64,000 nucleotides of DNA, from positions 2,133 to 66,132 of the forward strand of contig CAYGDG010000004.1 of NCBI GenBank assembly GCA_964348725.1. Reading direction: 5' to 3'. The notes below the pieces were generated by a model. It saw nothing but the letters and a program-made list of their open reading frames with translations, did not search any database and was not told the DNA's origin. Of this stretch, positions 44,501-56,545 are shown piece by piece. The stretch comes from an uncultured Candidatus Saccharibacteria bacterium. GTDB taxonomy: Bacteria > Patescibacteriota > Minisyncoccia > Phycocordibacterales > UBA9973. Position numbers and translations under genes: made by a program. Numbering within the stretch: the first letter of the stretch is position 1; every line of letters begins with the position of its first letter.

Positions 44501-44695
44501 ATGCTTACGATCAAATCCGACGATATCTTGGGACGCTCTGCGACATTCGATTCCATCATCAAAGGAGAAACGATCAAAGCCCCGAACTCTCCGGCATCCT
44601 TTAATGTTATGTTGAACTACCTTCGCGGTCTCGCACTTGATGTGAACTTGAGCAAGAAAAACGGGTCGAATTCAGGAAATTCAGAAAATAATTAA
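41504..44695 (+). CDS. rpoB: DNA-directed RNA polymerase subunit beta (compact, 1063 aa)
   Basis: Fork loop, rifampicin region (GPGGL ... [21 protein letters not shown]) and the C-terminal [20 protein letters not shown]. Confidence 0.95.
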   Translation: [1063 protein letters not shown]

Positions 44696-44714
44696 TCATA
44701 AATATATAAAAAAT

Positions 44715-48323
<3,609 letters not shown>

Positions 48324-48333
48324 AAATCAATAT

Positions 48334-48418
48334 GGATCCCGTTAGAGATAACAAATTACAAGCCTCATTAATAAGTAAATATAGTAAAAATTATTTATGA
48401 AAATCTCTAACGGGATGG
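48334..48418 (+). promoter_or_regulatory. long-range inverted repeat spanning the dnaG ribosome-binding region and start codon
   Basis: GGATCCCGTTAGAGAT (48334..48349) and ATCTCTAACGGGATGG (48403..48418). 14-bp perfect complementarity. The dnaG ATG is at 48397. Confidence 0.45.
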
Positions 48419-50172
48419 ACTCTCCCGTAGAAAAAATAAAGGAGAGGCTTTCCATCGAAGAAGTAGTCTCTTCCTACATAAAGCTTGAGAGGTCCGGGAT
48501 GAATTTCAAAGCCCGTTGCCCTTTTCACAATGAGAAGACCCCGTCTTTTTATGTGTCGCCGGACAGGGGAGGCTACTATTGCTTCGGCTGCTCCGCCAAG
48601 GGAGATATCTTCACCTTCGTGGAAGAATTCGAAGGGCTTGATTTCAAGGGTGCGCTGAAGCTCCTCGCCGAGCGCGCGGGCGTGCAGCTCGCTCGGTATA
48701 ATCCGAAAGAAGAAAGCGAAAAGGAAAAACTGTACCGCGTGATGGAAGAGGCGACTGCGTTCTTTGAGAAAAATTTGGAAACAAATGCAGAAGCGAAAAA
48801 ATACCTGAAAGACCGCGGCTTGGAAGAAAAGACTACAGCAGAATTTCGCATCGGTTTCGTGCCGGATGATTGGCGCTTACTGTATGCGCACCTGCAAAAA
48901 AAAGGATTTGCCGACAGTGAGATAGAAAAAGCTGGGCTCGCAAAAAAATCAGAGAAAAGCTTGCCCGCCTCTGGCTGGGGGATGTATGATAGATTCCGCT
49001 CACGCATCATGTTCCCAATTTCTGATTCTTCCGGCCGTGTCATCGCATTCTCTGGCAGGGTTTTCGGACCGGCGTCCGAAAACCCTGCCAATGCAAAATA
49101 CCTCAACAGCCCCGACACGCCCATCTTCTACAAATCCTCTGTACTGTACGGCCTCGACAAGGCCAAGGACTCCATCCGCAAGAATAATTTTTCCATCCTT
49201 GTGGAAGGACAGATGGATCTCGTGCTTTCGCATCAGGCGGGCTTCAAGAATACCGTCGCTACTTCCGGCACAGCGCTTTCGGAGTCCACTGTCTCTCGCG
49301 AAAATGCCGTGAACAACCTCGGCCTCATCCGCCGCCTCTCCGGCAATATCGTGCTGGCTTTCGATGCGGACAAAGCAGGACTTTCCGCCGCCGGACGCGC
49401 CGGCAAGATCGCCCTCGCGCTCGGTATGGATGTAAAGGCTGCTTCGCTGCCCGAAGGCATCGATCCGGCTGACCTCATCGTGAAAGAGGGCGCAGAAGCC
49501 TGGAAAGCCGCCGTGCGCAATTCAAAGCACATCATCGAGTTCTTGCTCGAGAAAGTCTTAAAAAACACGCCGGACGAGCGCAAGGCAGGCAGGGAAATCA
49601 AGGAGAAAATACTGCCATATGTGGCATCGCTCGACAGCGCCATCGAGCAGGCGCACTTCTTAAAGAAGATCAGCGATGCTTCCGGCATACCGGAGAGTGC
49701 ATTGCAGGAGGATTGGAAAAAGGTAGAGCAAGAGGTAAAATATACTAAGGAAGCGCCCGCCGAAACCTCGGACAAATACCGCGAAAGCAAGATGTTCCGC
49801 CGGGATTACATCGAGCGGCGCTTGCTCGGCATAGCTCTCTGGCAACAGAAACAGAAAGAGCCGAAAGTGGACGCGGAGAATATTTTAAACAAGCTCGGTG
49901 GTATTCTGGAAAAATACGCCGACTCTAAAGAAGACCTGATATTCGAAGCTGAAGTATTTTATGAAAACAACATACGCCTCGCTCGGGATGTGGCGGAAAT
50001 GCTGCAAAATCTCGAAGAGGAAGAGATAAATGAAGAGCTGGCGCGGAAGATGCGCGACCTGCATATCGCGGAAGAAAAGAAAGAGAAAGAGAAGTCCGCG
50101 GAAATTTTAAAAGAAATCAATGAGTTGAATAAGAAGAAGGAAGAAATTAAAAACAGTCGCTTTTCCGCCTGA
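48397..50172 (+). CDS. dnaG: DNA primase
   Basis: Zinc ribbon CPFHNEKTPSFYV ... CFGCSAKGD. RNA polymerase domain. TOPRIM ILVEGQMDLV ... LAFDADKAG. Confidence 0.9.
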   Translation: MKISNGMDSPVEKIKERLSIEEVVSSYIKLERSGMNFKARCPFHNEKTPSFYVSPDRGGYYCFGCSAKGDIFTFVEEFEGLDFKGALKLLAERAGVQLARYNPKEESEKEKLYRVMEEATAFFEKNLETNAEAKKYLKDRGLEEKTTAEFRIGFVPDDWRLLYAHLQKKGFADSEIEKAGLAKKSEKSLPASGWGMYDRFRSRIMFPISDSSGRVIAFSGRVFGPASENPANAKYLNSPDTPIFYKSSVLYGLDKAKDSIRKNNFSILVEGQMDLVLSHQAGFKNTVATSGTALSESTVSRENAVNNLGLIRRLSGNIVLAFDADKAGLSAAGRAGKIALALGMDVKAASLPEGIDPADLIVKEGAEAWKAAVRNSKHIIEFLLEKVLKNTPDERKAGREIKEKILPYVASLDSAIEQAHFLKKISDASGIPESALQEDWKKVEQEVKYTKEAPAETSDKYRESKMFRRDYIERRLLGIALWQQKQKEPKVDAENILNKLGGILEKYADSKEDLIFEAEVFYENNIRLARDVAEMLQNLEEEEINEELARKMRDLHIAEEKKEKEKSAEILKEINELNKKKEEIKNSRFSA

Positions 50173-50227
50173 GGCGGATCAGCCTTTGGCTGAAATAATA
50201 TCAATATTAATAATAAATTAAAAAATT

Positions 50228-51487
50228 ATGGCTACAAAAAACAAAAAAATAAATAAGCCGAAAGCAAAAGCAAAACCTGCTAAGGCAAAGCCAAAGGCAG
50301 TAAAGAAAGTAAAGCAGGTCAAAAAAATCATCAAAAAACCAGCGCCAAAAAAAGCAGTCAAAAAAGAAAAGAAAGTCGTCGTAAAGAAAGAACCGGTCAA
50401 GAAAATGACCGCTGCTGAAAAGAAAGCAGATGACTTGCTAAAAACCTCAAATAGTCTCGTCGAAAAGGGCAAGAAGCGCGGCTTCATCACGTATGATGAG
50501 ATATTGAAGACATTCCCCGACATCGAGAACAACATCATATTCCTTGATGAACTCTACGAAAAATTCTCCGTCGCCGGCATTGATGTGCTCGAAGGCGGCA
50601 ATCTCTTGAACCTCGATGCTGAATTGACGGACAAGGACTTGAATAAGTCCACGATGCACGACTCCATCCAGATGTACTTGAAAGAAATCGGGCAGTACCC
50701 GCTCATCTATGCATCTGAAGAAAAGGAACTTGCAAAGCGTATCCAGAAAGGAGATTTGGAAGCCAAGAACCTCCTTGCCCGTGCGAACCTGCGCCTCGTG
50801 GTGTCCATCGCGAAGAAATACGTCGGCCGCTCGGCTGATTTAACTTTACTTGATTTGATTCAGGAGGGGAATTTGGGTCTTTTCAAAGCAGTGGAAAAAT
50901 TTGACTGGACGAAAGGCTACAAATTCTCCACGTATGCTACGTGGTGGATACGCCAGAGCATCACCCGTGCCTTGGCCGACCAGAGCCGCACCATCCGCAT
51001 CCCGGTGCACATGGTGGAAACCATTTCAAAATACAAGCAGGTGCATCGCCGCCTGTCCCAAGACCTCGGCCGCGAACCATTGGCGGAAGAAATTGCTACC
51101 GAGATGGGCATAGAAGTGGAAAAAGTACATACCATAGAAAATATTTCGCAGGAAACTATCTCCCTGGAACAGCCAGTGGGGGATGATGATGACAAGTCCA
51201 CGCTGGAAAACTTTATCCCCGATGATAAGATTCTCCGCCCTGACCAAGAATCTTCCCGCCGCATCCTTTCAGACCAGATTCGCGCAGTATTGGATGAGCT
51301 GAATCCGAAAGAAAGAAAAATATTAGAAATGCGCTACGGCTTGCTTGACGGCATCCAGCACACCCTGGAACGCGTGGGCGAAGAATTCGGCGTCACCCGC
51401 GAGCGCATCCGCCAGATAGAAGCGAAGGTGCACGACAAGCTCCGCGGACATGATAAGATTTCAAGGTTGAAGAACTACTTTGATTAG
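50228..51487 (+). CDS. rpoD: RNA polymerase sigma-70 factor RpoD with Lys/Ala/Pro-rich N-terminal extension
   Basis: Regions 1.2 to 4.2 are present. Region 2.4 [50 protein letters not shown]. Region 4.2 [26 protein letters not shown]. The gene lies directly downstream of dnaG. Confidence 0.9.
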   Translation: MATKNKKINKPKAKAKPAKAKPKAVKKVKQVKKIIKKPAPKKAVKKEKKVVVKKEPVKKMTAAEKKADDLLKTSNSLVEKGKKRGFITYDEILKTFPDIENNIIFLDELYEKFSVAGIDVLEGGNLLNLDAELTDKDLNKSTMHDSIQMYLKEIGQYPLIYASEEKELAKRIQKGDLEAKNLLARANLRLVVSIAKKYVGRSADLTLLDLIQEGNLGLFKAVEKFDWTKGYKFSTYATWWIRQSITRALADQSRTIRIPVHMVETISKYKQVHRRLSQDLGREPLAEEIATEMGIEVEKVHTIENISQETISLEQPVGDDDDKSTLENFIPDDKILRPDQESSRRILSDQIRAVLDELNPKERKILEMRYGLLDGIQHTLERVGEEFGVTRERIRQIEAKVHDKLRGHDKISRLKNYFD

Positions 51488-51494
51488 CAGGCTT

Positions 51495-51590
51495 CCCCTC
51501 CTTGATTAAGGAGGGGATTGAGGGGTGGTAATTCAAAAAATCACCACCTCGGCCTTCGGCCACTCCTCCTCAATAAGGAGGAGAAATATG
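51495..51590 (+). repeat. cluster of three GC-rich hairpins after rpoD, two of them SD/anti-SD-like palindromes related to the repeat family
   Basis: CCCCTCCTTgatTAAGGAGGGG followed by ATTGAGGGGTGG. GGCCttcgGCC. CTCCTCCTcaatAAGGAGGAG followed 7 nt later by an ATG that opens a 13-codon ORF. Confidence 0.6.
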
Positions 51591-51765
51591 TGGTTTGAGC
51601 CTTATTTTGTAAGGCTATTTACCTGTTGACTTTTATACCCATATATGCTATACTTATCAGGTAAAGTAGTTTTTTAACAAATATTGATTTTGGGAATTTA
51701 GTGGCTGCCAGAGGAGCTTTTTGGCTCTTGCGGTGGCTACTAAACTCTATAAACAAAATCAAATT

Positions 51766-51930
51766 ATGAAAACATTAGATTCCATTCTCTTCTATCTCTT
51801 TATTTTTATGTTCCTAGGTCTTTCAGTTGGATTATTCTTTGGTTCAGAACCGATTACGAATAAGCATCTTGTCTCCCTGATTACCTTGGCAGTTGGTGCA
51901 ATTCTATTCAGAATAGAAAAAGGAAGTTAA
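51766..51930 (+). CDS. small hypothetical two-TM membrane protein
   Basis: 54 aa counted from the internal ATG (MKTLDSILFYLFIFMFLGLSVGLFF ...). Weak support. Confidence 0.3.
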   Translation: MKTLDSILFYLFIFMFLGLSVGLFFGSEPITNKHLVSLITLAVGAILFRIEKGS

Positions 51931-51995
51931 AAATCAAACCACCGCGCAAAAGAAAAACCACTTTTGCCGGTGGTTTTTCTTTTGCCAATTTTAAT

Positions 51996-52763
51996 TTATT
52001 TTACAATCTTATCCAATTTCACCTTTACCGATTCAAAAGGCTCAGCGCCGGCGATGACGTCCACTACTTTTCCTTTCTTTATGATGAAAGATGAAGGCGT
52101 GCCGTTTACGCCCGCTTCGGAGCCGGATTTCATGTGAAGGTCTACCTTGTCAGAATATTTTCCATCCGCGAGGCAGGTAGTGAAGGTGCTAACATTGAGC
52201 CCCAGGTCAGCGGCGATTTTCGGTAATTCGGCTGGTTCCAGGGAATCATTTGATTCCGTACGTGCGTATACTTCGTCGGTATATTTCCAGAAGGTGTCAT
52301 TACCGCCCTGTTCCCAGGCGCATTCCAGAGCGAGGGATTCATTGAAAGCGCGCTGATGCAGCTGTGGGATAGGGTAGTGGCGGTATACCCAGGCTACTTT
52401 GTCGCCGTATGCATTTACTACTTCATGCATCGTGTCGTGGAAGCGCTTACAGAATGGGCATTCGGTGTCGGAATATTCCACTATCACTATATCGGCATCC
52501 GCATTGCCAAAGATATGTTCGTCTTTTTGTACATCTATGTTGATACTGCCGAGGTCCGGTCCATCTGCAGGGGTCGGTGCGGCTGGTGCTTTACCGCGGA
52601 GGAGTATCGCTCCGGCGATGAGTACTCCGGCCAGGAGTATCGCTCCGGCGATGATCATCGGCCCGTTATTTTTATTATTTTCGGCTGCATGTGCCGGTGG
52701 TATTTCTTGGTTTTCCATAATGTATCTATTCTTGATTACTGTTAATATCTCCCATTGTAGCAT
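51996..52763 (-). CDS. DsbA-family thiol:disulfide oxidoreductase, membrane-anchored
   Basis: N-terminal TM segment. Thioredoxin fold with an active-site CPFC (VIVEYSDTECPFCKRFH). Confidence 0.7.
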   Translation of the reverse strand: MLQWEILTVIKNRYIMENQEIPPAHAAENNKNNGPMIIAGAILLAGVLIAGAILLRGKAPAAPTPADGPDLGSINIDVQKDEHIFGNADADIVIVEYSDTECPFCKRFHDTMHEVVNAYGDKVAWVYRHYPIPQLHQRAFNESLALECAWEQGGNDTFWKYTDEVYARTESNDSLEPAELPKIAADLGLNVSTFTTCLADGKYSDKVDLHMKSGSEAGVNGTPSSFIIKKGKVVDVIAGAEPFESVKVKLDKIVK

Positions 52764-52841
52764 TTTTTCTCGCTATGGTATACTAAGAGTATTACAAGTT
52801 AAATTGCTTGCGCAAAGGCGCGGCAGAATTAAAAATAATTT

Positions 52842-53147
52842 ATGTGTAAAGGAAATTGTAATTGTGGAAAGTGCGGAGGATGCACCGTCTCTCTCATCGC
52901 CAAGATTTTGGTCATCGTCGGAGGTGTGAACTGGGGTCTCGTCGGTGCAGGCTGGGTCTTCGGCGGCAGTGCTGACTGGAATCTCGTGCACATGGTGCTC
53001 GGCTCCATGCCGATGGTAGAAGGTATCGTGTACTTGCTCGTGGGCATAGCGGCTATCGCTATGATCATCGGTTGTAAGTGCAAGACGTGCACAGGTGGCG
53101 TATGTGCGACTGATCATGCTTCTGGCCCTGCGGCTGGAAATATGTAA
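52842..53147 (+). CDS. DUF378-family small membrane protein with Cys-rich N- and C-termini
   Basis: Core IAKILVIVGGVNWGLVGAGW ... VYLLVGIAAIAMII matches DUF378. Flanked by CKGNCNCGKCGGC at the N-terminus and CKCKTCTGGVC at the C-terminus. Confidence 0.55.
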   Translation: MCKGNCNCGKCGGCTVSLIAKILVIVGGVNWGLVGAGWVFGGSADWNLVHMVLGSMPMVEGIVYLLVGIAAIAMIIGCKCKTCTGGVCATDHASGPAAGNM

Positions 53148-53233
53148 TATTTGTTTTCTTCAAAAATCCCCAGGCCTGGCTTGGGGATTTTTGCGTTTTA
53201 GGCCTTAAAATGGTAGAATGAGCCCAATCATAT

Positions 53234-54475
53234 ATGGGCATTTCCACGGTACTATTTTATATATTGACGTTTCTGGCCGTTTACGTACAGGTCTTTTTTC
53301 TCGTTACATTCATTGAAAATCGGGACAAGATCAAGCGCCGCACGGGGGAGACGAAGCTTTCCAAATACCCGGCTGTTACTGTCATGGTGCCGTGCTGGAA
53401 TGAAGAGAAGACAGTCTACGGCACTGTGCGCTCACTCCTCGCGCTGAATTACCCGATGGATAAGCTGAATATTTTTCTCATTGATGACGGCTCTACGGAC
53501 GGCACCTATGCTGCTATTAAGCGTTTTGAAAAGTATAACAACATCACTATTTTCAAAAAAGAAAATGGCGGCAAGCATACTGCATTGAATCTCGGCCTCC
53601 AGCATGCGAAGACAGATTTTGTCGCCTGCTTGGACGCCGATTCTTCCGCTGATCCGCAAGCGCTCGCCCGCCTCATGAGCTACTTTGAGCGTGATCCGAA
53701 GATCATGGCGATCGCGCCCTCCATCATCGTGCGTGATCCAAAGAGCCTTACACAGCACGCGCAGAAAGCAGAATACCACATGGCCGTGTATGTAAAAAAA
53801 ATGCTCGGCTTCCTCGGCGCCATACATGTCACCCCCGGCCCGCTGACCGTCTTTCGCAAAAAAGTATTTGAAGATCTTGGCCCGTACCGCAAGGCACATA
53901 ATACTGAAGACATGGAGATAGCCTACCGCATGCAGACGAACGGCTATAAAATAGAACAGTGCCACGACGCGTATATATATACCGGCACCCCGCCGTCAGT
54001 GCGCACGCTCTACAAGCAGAGAGTGCGCTGGATATATGGCTTCATAAACAATACGATAGATTATCGCTCCATTATTTTTCGCAAGAAATACGGCAACTTT
54101 GCCTGGTTTACTATCCCGTCCGGCATTATTTCAGTGCTTGCCGCCATCTATCTCTTTTCGCGCTTCGCTTCCAAGATTGGCCATTTCATCGCTGAAAAAT
54201 TCACCCATGTCAGCGCCGTCGGTTTTGATTTCACCCCGAAAGCGCCGTCATTTGACCCTTTTTTCTTCAATGCTTCTTCGCTTCTTTTTATTACGATATT
54301 CCTCTACAGTTCGGTTATTCTCTCTATGATCATCGGCCACCGCATGGCAAATGGCAAATGGGGATTCTCCATAAATATGGTATATTTCTTTTGTATCTTT
54401 TCGGTCGCCGCGCCGTTCTGGCTGGCGAAAGCGATATTTGCCACCGTCTTTGCCCGTAAGCCCGCCTGGCGATAA
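53234..54475 (+). CDS. membrane-embedded family-2 glycosyltransferase (processive, NodC/IcaA/cellulose-synthase-like)
   Basis: VTVMVPCWNEE ... IFLIDDGSTDGT. DAD motif. QRVRW (QxxRW). TM helices at both ends. Confidence 0.8.
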   Translation: MGISTVLFYILTFLAVYVQVFFLVTFIENRDKIKRRTGETKLSKYPAVTVMVPCWNEEKTVYGTVRSLLALNYPMDKLNIFLIDDGSTDGTYAAIKRFEKYNNITIFKKENGGKHTALNLGLQHAKTDFVACLDADSSADPQALARLMSYFERDPKIMAIAPSIIVRDPKSLTQHAQKAEYHMAVYVKKMLGFLGAIHVTPGPLTVFRKKVFEDLGPYRKAHNTEDMEIAYRMQTNGYKIEQCHDAYIYTGTPPSVRTLYKQRVRWIYGFINNTIDYRSIIFRKKYGNFAWFTIPSGIISVLAAIYLFSRFASKIGHFIAEKFTHVSAVGFDFTPKAPSFDPFFFNASSLLFITIFLYSSVILSMIIGHRMANGKWGFSINMVYFFCIFSVAAPFWLAKAIFATVFARKPAWR

Positions 54476-54484
54476 CATACACAT

Positions 54485-55177
54485 ATGGAAAATCAAGACA
54501 ACAGAAAAATAGACTGGAAAAAATATCTGATAGTGTTTTTCCTGACGGCCGGGCTTTTTCTCATCGCCATCTATCTATCCAATTATTTCGGCGAGAAAAA
54601 AATAAATGAGCTGAAAACCATTCAGGATAAAATAGCCATAGATATTCTTTCTTCCGAGACGCAGTTTTCGCTTCTCTCCGAACTGTCCTGTAAAAATGTA
54701 GCCGATTCATTTCTTTCCGGCGAGCTCGGCGAGCTGGGACGCAAGCTGGAATGGAGCCAGGACAATCTGGGTTCCACTGAAGAAGTATCATATCTGAAAA
54801 AATATTATTCGCTGCTGCAGATAAAAGATTATCTCCTCATGAAGCGCATCGCCGAGCGGTGCAAGGTAAAAAGCGCGTTTATTTTGTATTTTTATACCAC
54901 CGCCGAAAACTGCACCGAATGCGAAAAGCAGGGGATCGTGCTGTCTACATTGCGCGACCGATATCCCGAACTCCGCGTCTACTCCTTTGATTACTCCACC
55001 GACCTCTCCGCCGTCAAAGCCATGCTGAATATCTATAAGATAGAAGACACAAAGCTCCCGGCGCTTGTCATAGATGATGAAGCCCTGACGGGATTCCAGA
55101 GCATAGGAGACTTGGAGAAAAAAGTAAATGACTCCTTCAAGCTCCAGGAGCCGAAAGAAGAAACAAAGAAAAATTAA
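54485..55177 (+). CDS. hypothetical membrane-anchored protein, possibly thioredoxin-like (CTEC)
   Basis: One N-terminal TM segment. The C-terminal half carries a single CxxC (YTTAENCTECEK). No firm family assignment. Confidence 0.3.
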   Translation: MENQDNRKIDWKKYLIVFFLTAGLFLIAIYLSNYFGEKKINELKTIQDKIAIDILSSETQFSLLSELSCKNVADSFLSGELGELGRKLEWSQDNLGSTEEVSYLKKYYSLLQIKDYLLMKRIAERCKVKSAFILYFYTTAENCTECEKQGIVLSTLRDRYPELRVYSFDYSTDLSAVKAMLNIYKIEDTKLPALVIDDEALTGFQSIGDLEKKVNDSFKLQEPKEETKKN

Positions 55178-55182
55178 TCTTG

Positions 55183-55255
55183 AGCCGGCACGAGGGATCG
55201 AACCCCGGACATCCAATTTACAAAATTGGCGCTCTACCAACTGAGCTATGCCGGC
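55183..55255 (-). tRNA. tRNA-Thr (anticodon UGU)
   Basis: The reverse complement folds as a cloverleaf: acceptor GCCGGCA/TGCCGGC, D-arm GCTC-AGTTGGTA-GAGC, anticodon arm CCAAT-TTTGTAA-ATTGG, T-arm CGGGG-TTCGATC-CCTCG, discriminator T. CCA is not encoded. Confidence 0.85.
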
Positions 55256-55314
55256 ACTTATTAAACAGCTGCGCTAACAATATTTCATACTACACTACGG
55301 ACGCCTTTTTGTCA

Positions 55315-55722
55315 TTATTCTATACCTTCCTCCTCTTTTATCCTATTCTTTATTTTCTTTATCTTATGCTTATAATCCGTCATCATCGAAAGGAATTTTG
55401 ACACTTCTTTCGCTTTTGGTTCGCCATCACGGTTCGTATATTTATTCGCAAGCGTCTGCGCCTTCTCTTTTATCTCCTTGCCCTTTTCCTTCAGGAAGCG
55501 GGAAGAGAGGATGGAGAAGCGGATGGTCTCGACGAGGGCGAAGTAGCCGAATTTTTTTGCTCCATATACGGCCATATGCTTCACATCCTCGATATCCGGC
55601 ACTTCCACTTGGAATTCGTGCGGTATTCCGAGGCGTCCGCTCCGAAGGGCGAGAAGCTTTCTTCCTATCATTCCAGCAATTCCGAGAAGGGATATGAAGA
55701 ATAAGATAAGAAGTAGGGTCAT
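55315..55722 (-). CDS. hypothetical small membrane protein, translationally coupled to tsf
   Basis: N-terminal TM segment. K/E-rich C-terminus. Start overlaps the tsf stop. Confidence 0.4.
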   Translation of the reverse strand: MTLLLILFFISLLGIAGMIGRKLLALRSGRLGIPHEFQVEVPDIEDVKHMAVYGAKKFGYFALVETIRFSILSSRFLKEKGKEIKEKAQTLANKYTNRDGEPKAKEVSKFLSMMTDYKHKIKKIKNRIKEEEGIE

Positions 55723-56492
55723 TATATTGAATAGCGCTTCACGTCCTTGATCTTCGCCTTGTTCTTCTCAAGGAGCTGTCCGACGGTCTCATCGCCCTTG
55801 ATGAACGGCTGATCAAGTAAAGTCTTTTCCTTGAAGTATGTGCTTATCTTGCCTTCGAGCATCTTTTTCTTAATGTCTTCCGGCTTGTCGATGGTAGCTA
55901 CTTCTTTTTCAAAGACTTCGGTAATCATCGCTTTGGCATTTGCATCGATTTCGTCCGCAGTGATGTATTCAGGCTTCATTGCGGCGATATGCATCGCCAC
56001 ATCTTTCGCCAGGTCGGCAGTGCCGCCTTCAAGGGATACGACGACGGCCATTTTGCCATTGTGGACATAGTTGCCGACAGTCGCGCCTTCGATGGTGTAT
56101 GCGTCACCCAGCTGGATGTTTTCGCCGGTCTTCTGGATGATCGGGTCTATCATGTCTTTTGCGGCTTCTTTCATTTTTTCAACGCCTTCGGCCAGCGCTT
56201 TGTCAGCAAGGGCAGAGAGAAGGTTTGTAAAGTCCTCGTTCTTTGACACGAAATCAGTCTCGCAGTGGAGAGCGATGAGGAGGGTCTTGTTTCCGGAGGT
56301 CTTTACCATCACGGCGCCGTCGGCAGCTACGCGGTCAGCTTTCTTGGCGGCGATGCCGGCGCTGTTTTTTTTCAGGATGGCGAGCGCCTTATCCATATTG
56401 CCTTCAGCTTCTTCAAGGGCGCGCTTGCACTGCATTACGGATACCCCTGTGGCATCTCTAAGCTCTTTGATAAGTTCTGTGGTGATTTGCAT
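55722..56492 (-). CDS. tsf: translation elongation factor Ts
   Basis: MQITTELIKELRDATGVSVMQCKRALEEAEGNMDKALAILKK is the UBA-like N-terminus. EF-Ts core. Confidence 0.9.
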   Translation of the reverse strand: MQITTELIKELRDATGVSVMQCKRALEEAEGNMDKALAILKKNSAGIAAKKADRVAADGAVMVKTSGNKTLLIALHCETDFVSKNEDFTNLLSALADKALAEGVEKMKEAAKDMIDPIIQKTGENIQLGDAYTIEGATVGNYVHNGKMAVVVSLEGGTADLAKDVAMHIAAMKPEYITADEIDANAKAMITEVFEKEVATIDKPEDIKKKMLEGKISTYFKEKTLLDQPFIKGDETVGQLLEKNKAKIKDVKRYSI

Positions 56493-56545
56493 ATATTATT
56501 TATGTTACATAAAGCGGAAGAACCGCTTACGCTAATTATAAAAGA

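Noticed and set aside
52601-52654. 33-nt direct duplication (GGAGTATCGCTCCGGCGATGA unit repeated) inside the DsbA-like gene
   Set aside because: In-frame duplication of an 11-residue segment (AGAILLAGVLI / AGAILLRGK) within the N-terminal TM helix. It is most simply a local slippage duplication, not a regulatory repeat.
55183-55255. Possibility of additional tRNA genes elsewhere
   Set aside because: No other GTTCGAATCC/GTTCGATCC T-loop-type motifs flanked by acceptor-stem complementarity were found outside coding sequence. Only the tRNA-Thr is supported.
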